The notes below the pieces were generated by a model that did not search any database, was not told the DNA's origin, and was given only the letters and a program-made list of their open reading frames with translations. The translations under genes were made by a program, and so were the position numbers. A DNA stretch of 64,000 nucleotides. Origin: an uncultured Planctomycetota bacterium (GTDB taxonomy: Bacteria > Planctomycetota > PLA2 > JAEUHO01). Below are positions 56,252-64,000 of this stretch, piece by piece (within the stretch, counting starts at the first letter, position 1; each line of letters opens with the position of its first letter). Where the stretch lies: positions 32,001 through 96,000 of the forward strand of contig CAVVXN010000004.1 in the NCBI GenBank assembly GCA_963752285.1. The letters run 5' to 3'.

Positions 56252-57907
56252 ATGAGATGTCGAACTGGATGGATGATCTTCGCCGCGTCGCTGCTCACAT
56301 GGGCGGCGGTCCCGGCGTTCGCGGACGACGCGCCCGCGGGACCGAACCCCGCCGCGACGGCAGGGCCGGCTTCGGTCTCGACGACGGTCGATGCGAACGA
56401 CCAGATCGGTCCGCCCCCTGCCGTGCCCTCGCAGCCGTTCGAGGACTCGGGGGCGTCGCGGAGCCCCAACCCCGCCGCGGCCGAGGACGAGCCGTCCTCG
56501 GAGAACCTGCCCGGCGACGACCAGGGCGAGAACCCGAACGAAGGCCGGCTGCCCGAGGGTCAGGAACCCGAAAGGGAGCAGCCCGCGGACCAGACGCCGC
56601 AGGGCCAGGCCGGGACGGGTGAGGTCCCGCTCTGCGGTGGGTGCATGTCCCGGCAGCCCGTGGGGGGATGCGCGTCCGTCACGTGCGCGCCCACGTGCAG
56701 CCAGCCGCGCTGCGCCTACGTACCCTGTCACTACGAGACCCGGAGCCGCGAGGTGACGTGCCCGGCCGTGACGTGCCAGCGTCGCGTCCCCGAGTACGAG
56801 AACGTCGAGGTGCCCGTCTACCAGAAGGTCTGCACACCCTGCTACCAGAACGTGGAGATCCCCGTGTACGCCACGCGGGAGGTTCCCGTCTACACGACGC
56901 GCAAGGTGCCGGAGTACGAGAACGTGGAGGTCGCGTGCTACGCGACGCGCCAGGTTCCCGTCTACACCACGCGGAAGGTGCCGGAGTACGAGAACGTGGA
57001 GGTCGCGTGCTACGCGACGCGCCAGGTTCCCATCTACACCACGCGGAAGGTGCCGGAATTCCAGAACGTGGAGATCCCCGTCTACGCGACGCGTTGCATC
57101 CCCGAGTACGAGAACGTCGAGGTCCCCGTCTACGCGACGCGGTGCGTCCCGACCTACTGCGACGTCGAGGTGCCCGAGTACGACACGCGGCAGGTGCCGA
57201 TCACCCGCGCCGTCTGCGATCCCTGCACGGGCCAGACGAGCGAGGTGGCGTGCGGCATGCGGACCGAGACGTACCAGTGCGGCACGCACACCGAGAAGCG
57301 GGTGTCCGGTCAGCGCACGGAGACCTTTACGTGTTCGACGAGGACGGAGCGTCGCCTCAAGGGGCAGCGCACCGAGACGTACCAGTGCGGCACGCGGACG
57401 GAGCGTCGCTGCTCGGGCTACCGTGACGAGCAGGTCCTTTGCGGATACCGCCCCGAGCGCTACCAGTCCGGCACGCGTACCGAACAGCGCTTCAAGGACT
57501 ACCGGTCCGAGCAGGTCCTCTGCGGCTACCGGCCCGAGCAGTACCAGTCGGGCACGCGCACCGAGAAGCGCCTCACGGGCTACCGCTCGGAGCAGGTCCA
57601 GTGCGGCACGCGCCGGGAGTGCTACCAGAACGGAACCCGCACGGAGCAGCGCCAGGTCGGCACCCGGACTGAGGTCGTGTGCACCGGCTCCCGCACCGAA
57701 CGCCGCCTGTCGGGCTACCGGACCGAGGAGGTGACCGTGCGCCCCGCGTCCACGCGGACCGTCCAGGAGCCGGTGATGGTCGCCGGCGGCTGGGTCACGG
57801 TCGTCCCCGAGGGACGGACCGACGGCGTGAGCCCGCTCCCCGGCACCCGGAAGGTCCTCTCCCAGACCGAGTTCGAGCAGGTGACCCTTAGCGTTCCGGC
57901 GCGGTAG
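56252..57907 (+). CDS. Secreted Cys-rich repetitive protein (YTV-like envelope protein)
   Basis: Signal peptide, acidic disordered linker, VPEYENVE(V/I)PVYATR repeats, then YQCGTRTExR repeats. Confidence 0.75.
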   Translation: MRCRTGWMIFAASLLTWAAVPAFADDAPAGPNPAATAGPASVSTTVDANDQIGPPPAVPSQPFEDSGASRSPNPAAAEDEPSSENLPGDDQGENPNEGRLPEGQEPEREQPADQTPQGQAGTGEVPLCGGCMSRQPVGGCASVTCAPTCSQPRCAYVPCHYETRSREVTCPAVTCQRRVPEYENVEVPVYQKVCTPCYQNVEIPVYATREVPVYTTRKVPEYENVEVACYATRQVPVYTTRKVPEYENVEVACYATRQVPIYTTRKVPEFQNVEIPVYATRCIPEYENVEVPVYATRCVPTYCDVEVPEYDTRQVPITRAVCDPCTGQTSEVACGMRTETYQCGTHTEKRVSGQRTETFTCSTRTERRLKGQRTETYQCGTRTERRCSGYRDEQVLCGYRPERYQSGTRTEQRFKDYRSEQVLCGYRPEQYQSGTRTEKRLTGYRSEQVQCGTRRECYQNGTRTEQRQVGTRTEVVCTGSRTERRLSGYRTEEVTVRPASTRTVQEPVMVAGGWVTVVPEGRTDGVSPLPGTRKVLSQTEFEQVTLSVPAR

Positions 57908-57993
57908 GGATGCCTTCCCGAAGGTGAGAGCGGGCCGCGGGCCTGTGGCTCGCGGCCCGCTCTCCTGCCCGCACCCGCTTTCCGGAGGTTTCC

Positions 57994-58485
57994 ATGCGCA
58001 TTCTCCAGAGACACTCGCCCCGAGACCGAAGCGCGGGCGACCGCGCCGCGAGCCGAGACTGGTGCGAGTGCCTCGAGGGCGTCGTGCACGCGAGCCTCGA
58101 GATCTCCCAGGCCCGGGTCCTCCTCGCCGCGGGCGAGTCCGACGAGGACCTCCGCGGCACGACGATGCGCAGGGCGCTCGAGGAGCGAGGCTGGGCCGAG
58201 GCGCTCCACCGCGAGGCGGGGGCGTTCCTCGCGCGCGGACCCCGCGCGGTCCGCCCGCTCGCCGTGCGACCCAGCGCCCGCCGGATGCGACGTGCCCTGC
58301 TCGCCGGGGACCCCATCCTGCTCGAGCGTGCGCTCGCGGTCGACGTGCGACGACTCGCGCACGGCTGCCGCCGATTGCTCCGGAGGCTCGACACCCCGGA
58401 GTCCGTCCGGCGTCTCCTCGCGCAGCGCGTCGCCGACCTCGACGACCTGGAGACCGGCCGACTGCCACCGTCCCGGGCGGGATGA
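57994..58485 (+). CDS. Hypothetical helical protein
   Basis: GGAGG RBS before the ATG; GC3-rich codon usage. Confidence 0.5.
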   Translation: MRILQRHSPRDRSAGDRAASRDWCECLEGVVHASLEISQARVLLAAGESDEDLRGTTMRRALEERGWAEALHREAGAFLARGPRAVRPLAVRPSARRMRRALLAGDPILLERALAVDVRRLAHGCRRLLRRLDTPESVRRLLAQRVADLDDLETGRLPPSRAG

Positions 58486-58530
58486 CGGGCGCGCGGGCAC
58501 ACGACCCGGCGCCGCCGAGCGGACGCCTCC

Positions 58531-58797
58531 TCAGAACCGGAAGCGCCCCCAGCGCCAGGATCCCAGGTCGAGGACGACCGCGAGGACCATCACGAGCAGC
58601 CAGAAGCTCCCGTGGACCCCGCCGGCGGTATTGACGGCCACCGCGTACGCGAGCGTCGTGGTCGGCGCGACGACGAACCCGACGAGCGGGAGGAGCAGGC
58701 CCGTGTAGACGCGCGCCAGGTAGCTCGTGAACAACGCGAGCACGATCAGCACCGCGCGCGGGGCCAGGAGTCCGATGATCGCGAGGAGAATGGGCAT
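58531..58797 (-). CDS. Small membrane protein (3 TM)
   Basis: MPILLAIIGLLAPR...PTTTLAY...LAVVLDLGSW; candidate sigma-54 site at 58829-58843 (-). Confidence 0.75.
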   Translation of the reverse strand: MPILLAIIGLLAPRAVLIVLALFTSYLARVYTGLLLPLVGFVVAPTTTLAYAVAVNTAGGVHGSFWLLVMVLAVVLDLGSWRWGRFRF

Positions 58798-59140
58798 GTG
58801 CGCTCCGGCTGGGGATTGCCCGACTGCGGCGAGCCGCGTGCCACGTCCGGCCGCGACCGAGGAGCCTGGAGGACAAAGGTCGCGCGGGAGCGCAGGACCC
58901 TAGTCCCCCAGCGCCCCGAGACCCATCCTCCGTTCCCAGGCCCGGAACGCGTTCCCGTTCGGACGGCGCGCTCGGCGGTGGGGAGTCGTCCGGTTCCCGA
59001 CGGTTCGCGTCCCGGCTAGGATTCCGGTGCCGGGAGTTCGGTTTGGCACCCGCCTCGCTCGTGGCCGATCGCTCGGGGGCGAGGCAGGACGCCGTAGCGT
59101 CCCGGCGAGAAAATGACACCCGCGAACGGAGCGGGTGACG

Positions 59141-61114
59141 ATGTCACCCGAGGAGAGGCCCATCGAACCCGGAGCGTCGCTCCCGCTGGACGCCCACGCG
59201 TGGCACGTGGTGGAGGCGGTCGTCGCTTCGGTGACCGACTACGCGGTGTTCGTGCTCGACCCTCAAGGCCACGTGCTCACGTGGAACGCCGGCGCGGAAC
59301 GAATGAAGGGATACACGCGGTCCGAGATCCTCGGGTCCCACTTCTCGCGCTTCTACCCGCCGCCGGAGAAGGCGCGCCGCGTCCCCGACCACGAGCTCGA
59401 GGTCGCAGCCCGCGAGGGCCGGTTCGAGGACGAGGGCTGGCGGCTCCGCAAGGACGGGTCGGCCTTCTGGGCGAGCGTCGTCATCACCGCGATCCGCGAC
59501 GAACGCGGCGCGCTCGCGGGGTACCTGAAGATCACTCGGGACCTCACGGCTCGTCGCGCCCAGGAACAGGCCCTCGCGGAGAGCGAGGAGCGGTTCCGGC
59601 TCCTCCTCGAGGGCGTGGCCGACTACGCGATCTACATGATCGACGTGGACGGTCGCGTGATGAGCTGGAACTCCGGGGCGGAGCGCATCAAGGGCTACTC
59701 CGCCCACGAGGTCCTCGGCCGCAACTGGTCGATGTTTCATCCGCCCGAGGCGGTGGAGGCCGGCCAGCCGGAGGACATCGTCGAGCAGGCGCGGGTGGTC
59801 GGGCGGGCTGAGGACGAGGGCTGGCGCATGCGCCGCGACGGCACGCGGTTCTGGGCGAGCTCCATCCTGACGCGACTCCTCGACGGGGGCGGCCGGCTCC
59901 GCGGGTTCGCCGAGGTCACGCGCGATTTGACCGAGCGGCGGCGGGCGAAGGCCCTCGAGGAATCCGGTCGCCGCACGAACGAGTTCCTCGCCATGCTGTC
60001 GCACGAGCTCCGAAACCCGATGGCGCCCATCCGAAACGCCGTGGCGCTGATGGCCGAGCGGGAGGTCTCCGACCCCATGATCGCGTGGGCGTGCGAGGTG
60101 ATCGAGCGACAGACGCAACTCCTCGGCCGGCTCGTGGACGACCTGCTGGACATCAGCCGCGTGACGCTCGGGAAGATCCGGCTGGAACGCGTCGGGCTCG
60201 ACCTCGTCGAGGTCGCGAGGAGCGCGGTGGAGACGGTACGCCCCCTCGTCGAGACGCACCGCCACCGGCTGGAGGTGATCCTGCCCCCCGAACCCCTCTT
60301 CGTGCTCGGGGACGGGACCCGGCTCGTCCAGGCGGTGGTGAACCTGCTCACGAACGCCGCGAAGTACACGCCCGACGGCGGAGAGGTCCGCCTGACGGTG
60401 GCGCAGGAGGGGAGCGACGCGGTGCTGCGCGTGCGGGACACGGGTGTCGGGATGTCCCGCGACCAGATCGCGCGCGCGTTCGACCTCTTCGTGCAGGGGG
60501 ACCGGAGCCTCGACCGGACCGACGGCGGCCTCGGGGTCGGCCTCACGCTGTCGCGCCGACTGGTCGAGATGCATGGTGGCACCCTGCTCGCCTCGAGCGA
60601 CGGGCCCGGCACGGGGACGGAGTTCACGATTTGGCTTCCGCTTGCCGAAGTCGAGGCGTCCACGTCCGGCGCTTCGGCGGCCGGCGCCGGGGCGCCGGCC
60701 GCCGACAGCCCGGCGGGTGGTGGTGCGTGCGCGCTCTCCGGGCGTGTGCTCGTCGTGGACGACAACGAGGACGCCGCCGAGAGCACGGCGATGCTGCTCC
60801 GCATGTGGGGCCTCGAGGTCGAGACCGCGCACGACGGGGTCCAGGGACTCCAGCTCGCCGCGAGCTTCAAACCGCGATACGTGATGCTCGACCTGGGCCT
60901 GCCGCGTATGGACGGCTACGAGGTCGCACGTCGCATTCGGCAGACGCCCGGGCTCGGGGAGAACGTCCTGCTCGTCGCGCTGACGGGCTACGGCCAGCCC
61001 GAGGACCTCGAAGGCACGCGCCGGGCGGGGTTCGACCACCATCTCACGAAGCCGGTGGACCCGGAGCTTCTCCAGCGGCTGCTGCTCGACGCGGGCGGCG
61101 TGCCGACCGCGTGA
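59141..61114 (+). CDS. PAS-PAS hybrid histidine kinase with receiver domain
   Basis: Two PAS units (DYA...WN.GAER.KGY; EGWR.R.DG..FWA); LSHELRNP; GGLGVGL; REC (LDLGLP). Confidence 0.93.
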   Translation: MSPEERPIEPGASLPLDAHAWHVVEAVVASVTDYAVFVLDPQGHVLTWNAGAERMKGYTRSEILGSHFSRFYPPPEKARRVPDHELEVAAREGRFEDEGWRLRKDGSAFWASVVITAIRDERGALAGYLKITRDLTARRAQEQALAESEERFRLLLEGVADYAIYMIDVDGRVMSWNSGAERIKGYSAHEVLGRNWSMFHPPEAVEAGQPEDIVEQARVVGRAEDEGWRMRRDGTRFWASSILTRLLDGGGRLRGFAEVTRDLTERRRAKALEESGRRTNEFLAMLSHELRNPMAPIRNAVALMAEREVSDPMIAWACEVIERQTQLLGRLVDDLLDISRVTLGKIRLERVGLDLVEVARSAVETVRPLVETHRHRLEVILPPEPLFVLGDGTRLVQAVVNLLTNAAKYTPDGGEVRLTVAQEGSDAVLRVRDTGVGMSRDQIARAFDLFVQGDRSLDRTDGGLGVGLTLSRRLVEMHGGTLLASSDGPGTGTEFTIWLPLAEVEASTSGASAAGAGAPAADSPAGGGACALSGRVLVVDDNEDAAESTAMLLRMWGLEVETAHDGVQGLQLAASFKPRYVMLDLGLPRMDGYEVARRIRQTPGLGENVLLVALTGYGQPEDLEGTRRAGFDHHLTKPVDPELLQRLLLDAGGVPTA

Positions 61115-61290
61115 CCCGTGCGCCGCGGCGTCGCGGATCCGCCCGCTTCACCCGTCGCGCGACGTGCGGAGCCAGCCCACCCCGAGCGCGAGCAACGCGA
61201 GCGCGAGGGCCAAGGCGCCTGAGAACGCGAGGTACACCAGCGCGTTCGGCCGGATGGCGTCGGGGCTCGGGACCGAGAGGAGGTCGCGAC

Positions 61291-61995
61291 GTGGTGCTCG
61301 TGGGGACGACGATTGGGCCCGGCGCGCTCGAGGGTGCGCCCACGCTCTGGTACGAGGCCGACGTCGCGTCGGCGCCCGCGCTCCTGCTCTTCCTCGACGG
61401 GGAGCTCTACCGCGACCGAGTCGGAGCCGAGGCCAGCGTGGACCGCGCGCGCGCCGATCGAACCCTCGGGGCGCACGCCGACGCGCGGTGCGCGTTCGTC
61501 GCGCACGGGGGGCCCGAGGCGAGGCACGCCGACTTCACGTGTCGCTCCGCGTACAACCGGTTCCTCCTCGAGGAGGTCCTGCCGCGGCTCGGGCGCGCGC
61601 CCAGGACACGGCGGACGGTGCTCGTGGGGCTCAGCCTCTCGGGGCTCGCCGCGGCGTACGCCCATCTCTCGCACCCGGACGCGTTCTCGTGCGCCGTCTC
61701 GCAGTCGCCCTCCGCGTGGTGGGACGATGGATGGTTCGCCCGCCACCTCGTGGACCTCGCCCCGTCGCGCGCGCGCCTCTACCTCTCGGTGGAGAGGCAG
61801 GAGACGGAGCGCGACGTGCGCCATCCGCCGACGGCCCTGCACCAGGCGACGGGCCAGCTCGACTCGGTCACGCACCTCGCCGAGGTGCTCCCGTCCGAGG
61901 GCGCGAGTGTCTCGTTCTCGACGTTCGACGGCGGGCACGACCCGGCGTGCTGGGCTGCACAGCTCCCCGCGGCCCTCGCGTGGGCCGGTGCTTGA
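61291..61995 (+). CDS. Alpha/beta hydrolase, Fes/esterase-like
   Basis: AGGAGG RBS before the GTG; FLDG, GLSLSG nucleophile elbow, SQSPS, GGHD. Confidence 0.75.
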   Translation: MVLVGTTIGPGALEGAPTLWYEADVASAPALLLFLDGELYRDRVGAEASVDRARADRTLGAHADARCAFVAHGGPEARHADFTCRSAYNRFLLEEVLPRLGRAPRTRRTVLVGLSLSGLAAAYAHLSHPDAFSCAVSQSPSAWWDDGWFARHLVDLAPSRARLYLSVERQETERDVRHPPTALHQATGQLDSVTHLAEVLPSEGASVSFSTFDGGHDPACWAAQLPAALAWAGA

Positions 61996-62003
61996 AACAC
62001 GGT

Positions 62004-62360
62004 TCAGCCGAACCAGCGCTTCCGCATCTCGCGTCCGATTGGAGCCGCGTTCGCGACGTTCGCCGCCGTCATCCCGTCCGCGCCGCGGGGCGCCGACGCG
62101 CCGCCACCCCCCCGCGGCTCGTCGGCCGCGGGGGGAAGGGGCTCGGGTGAGGGCCGCCCGCGGACGAGGGAGATCACCAAGTGTCCGGTGTAGCCGAGCG
62201 CGAGCACGAGGCCGCTCGTCACGAGCACGCAGAGGGTGGGGCGGTACAGGAAGCCGGCGACCGCCGCGATGATCATCGTCGGGAAGTAGCCTGGCCACGT
62301 GCGGCGCCCGGCGAGGAGCCCCGCGAAGATCGCCGGGAGCGGGGAGAGAAGCAGGTCCGA
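62004..62360 (-). CDS. Small membrane protein (start undetermined)
   Basis: Hydrophobic segments LLSPLPAIFAGLLAG, MIIAAVAGFLY, LCVLVTSGLVLALGY. Confidence 0.45.
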   Translation of the reverse strand, partial: SDLLLSPLPAIFAGLLAGRRTWPGYFPTMIIAAVAGFLYRPTLCVLVTSGLVLALGYTGHLVISLVRGRPSPEPLPPAADEPRGGGGASAPRGADGMTAANVANAAPIGREMRKRWFG

Positions 62361-62505
62361 CCCTGCGCGCTCGCGCGGAGGCGCCTCGCGCGGGGGGAGA
62401 GAGGGCGCGCCCGGGGTCCGCGCCGGCGGTGCCCTCGGGGCCGGTCCGCGGCGCGGCGTGAACCTCCGTGCCGGCGCCGGTGCCACGGTGGGTGACGGAG
62501 GGTCG

Positions 62506-63324
62506 ATGCCGACGGATCCGGAGCTCCTCTACCGGCTCGCCCCGCGGGACGAGTCCGCCTTCGACGCGCTCGTCGCGCGTCACGCCGGGGCGGCCCGGCG
62601 ACGCGCGGAGGAGCTGCGCCTCTCGCTCGCGGGGCACGTCGCGCGCGATCCGTCGGTGCTGACGCGCGTCCTGGCGCACGCCCCGGTCTTCGGTCTCGCG
62701 CTCCTGTCGCGGTCCAAGGCCGGGCGGCAGGAGGTCGAGCGTCTGGCCGAGGGACGGGTGGACGCGCCCGACGGGTTCGTCACGAAGGCGGGCCTCGGCC
62801 GTGCGCTCTTGGCCCTCGCCCAGCGGGCCGGCGCGCGCGCGGCGCTGGACGCCGCGGACCGGCTGCTCGCGCCGGGCCTCGAGGTCGCGCGGGGCTCCGG
62901 GGCGTCGATCTCGCCCTTCGCCGACGCGTGGCTCGACGCGCCGGAGGACGAGGGCGAGGCGTCACTCCTGGAACGGATCGAGTCCTCGCGCGCGTTCGAG
63001 GACGACCTACTCGGTCCCCAGCTCCTGGCGGTCCTGAGCGGCGCGCGAGGGACCCCCGGGTGGCTGCTCGGGTTCCTCCGGCCGCCCGTGGACCGGCTCC
63101 TCGCCGCGGGTTCGATGCGCGCGGCCTTGGCCGAGGTCGCGTGGGAGCTCGCCGAGCGCACCTACGAGGCGAAGCGCGCCGCGCTCCCGACGAGCTACGG
63201 AGTGCGGTCGCGAGCCGCGCGCTCGAGGCGACCCGGCGTCGTGTTCGCGCAGGCGGCCTCGTCCGGCGAGTCCGACCCGCTCCGGGACCCCTGGACCCGG
63301 CTCTTCGTCGGGCTCCCCGAGTGA
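62506..63324 (+). CDS. Hypothetical protein with ECF-sigma-like N-terminus
   Basis: GGAGG RBS; MPTDPELL...DESAFDALVARH resembles the start of ECF sigma region 2; the rest is not sigma-like. Confidence 0.5.
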   Translation: MPTDPELLYRLAPRDESAFDALVARHAGAARRRAEELRLSLAGHVARDPSVLTRVLAHAPVFGLALLSRSKAGRQEVERLAEGRVDAPDGFVTKAGLGRALLALAQRAGARAALDAADRLLAPGLEVARGSGASISPFADAWLDAPEDEGEASLLERIESSRAFEDDLLGPQLLAVLSGARGTPGWLLGFLRPPVDRLLAAGSMRAALAEVAWELAERTYEAKRAALPTSYGVRSRAARSRRPGVVFAQAASSGESDPLRDPWTRLFVGLPE

Positions 63325-64000
63325 GCGGTATGGTCCATGCCGTGGGAAGGAAGTCGAATCGCCGGCTCGCCGTGATCGTCCTCGCGCTGATCGGCGTGGG
63401 CTTGATCGCCCTGGACCCGTTCGGCCTCCGGTCCGGGCCCGCCGTCCGCGGCGCCGACCCGGCGCGCCAGGCCCGGGCGGGGACCCGGGACCCCTCGCTC
63501 GTCGGGCAGGGCGAGACGGTCGTGCGTCCCGGCCCCGAAACGCCGCACGCGCCCTCGGCTCCCTCCAGAGCCGCCGACCCGACTCCGCACGCGGCCGACG
63601 CGCCGCCGCTCGCGGATCGGCGCAACGCGCCCGGCGCCGACGCGACGACGCCGCCCGACGTGCTCGAAGGGACGCTCTTCGACGGGGACGCGCCGATCGG
63701 CGAGGGGACGGGGCTCCTCTGGCGCGGCCAAAACGCGACCACCGCCGGGAGCATCCCGGTGGGCGACGAGCCCCAAGAGCGCGCGCTCGTCACGCGGGAC
63801 GGGCTCATCCGGTTCGCCGGCCTCGAGGCCGGGCCCTGGTACCTCGGCGTGGACCTCGGCGACGGCGTCCAGCGGCTCGCCTACCTCCAGCGAACGACCG
63901 GGGTGACCGACAACCCGCGGATCCTCCTCGGCCTCGGGCACGCGGCGGTCGCCGGCACGGTGTGGGGCGAGGACGGCGCGCCCGTCGTTGGCGCGGTCGT
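63321..64000 (+). CDS. Membrane-anchored protein with carboxypeptidase-regulatory-like beta domains (runs off window end)
   Basis: Open frame from GTG 63321/ATG 63330; TM LAVIVLALIGVGLIAL; DG..RFAGL.AGPW and VAGTVWGEDGAPVVGAV motifs. Confidence 0.65.
   Translation, partial: MSGMVHAVGRKSNRRLAVIVLALIGVGLIALDPFGLRSGPAVRGADPARQARAGTRDPSLVGQGETVVRPGPETPHAPSAPSRAADPTPHAADAPPLADRRNAPGADATTPPDVLEGTLFDGDAPIGEGTGLLWRGQNATTAGSIPVGDEPQERALVTRDGLIRFAGLEAGPWYLGVDLGDGVQRLAYLQRTTGVTDNPRILLGLGHAAVAGTVWGEDGAPVVGAV

Noticed and set aside
56780..57730. CRISPR-like array
   Set aside because: The repeats are in-frame coding repeats with no unique spacers, and no cas genes are present.
61148..61285. Hydrophobic reading frame on the - strand (…AIRPNALVYLAFSGALALALALLALGVGWLRTSRDG*)
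   Set aside because: No clear start and it runs into the esterase gene on the opposite strand; possibly a gene remnant but unsupported.

Overview
Very GC-rich bacterial DNA. Gene content (HGG-type HEAT-repeat protein, degenerate secretin-like proteins, YTV-like Cys-rich repeat protein, many sigma-54-type promoters) suggests a Planctomycetota genome; this is inference. Scattered single-base frameshifts suggest an unpolished long-read assembly. Ordinary content: start of an alternative complex III (ActA/ActB-like) operon, fabH, Ktr K+ uptake, an ABC-2 exporter, tRNA-Pro(GGG), an NtrC-type activator, gpsA, plsY, hydantoinase/oxoprolinase A/B, a radical SAM enzyme, a MacAB-TolC-type system and three hybrid histidine kinases, one with a giant poly-HAMP array. 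Two signals stand out. (1) A ~1.17 kb ORF-poor stretch (26386-27550) reads as one large, highly structured non-coding RNA, with a canonical sigma-54 promoter, a 5'/3' closing helix, UUCG/GNRA hairpins, two recurring purine-rich motif families and a terminal hairpin. (2) Three genes carry in-frame UGA codons followed by similarly placed SECIS-like hairpins. Two are thioredoxin-fold (CxxU, UxxC). The third is a secretin-like envelope protein, an unexpected candidate selenoprotein. There is also a tRNA-3'-end-linked 186-bp repeat and a circularly permuted tail-collar lipoprotein.
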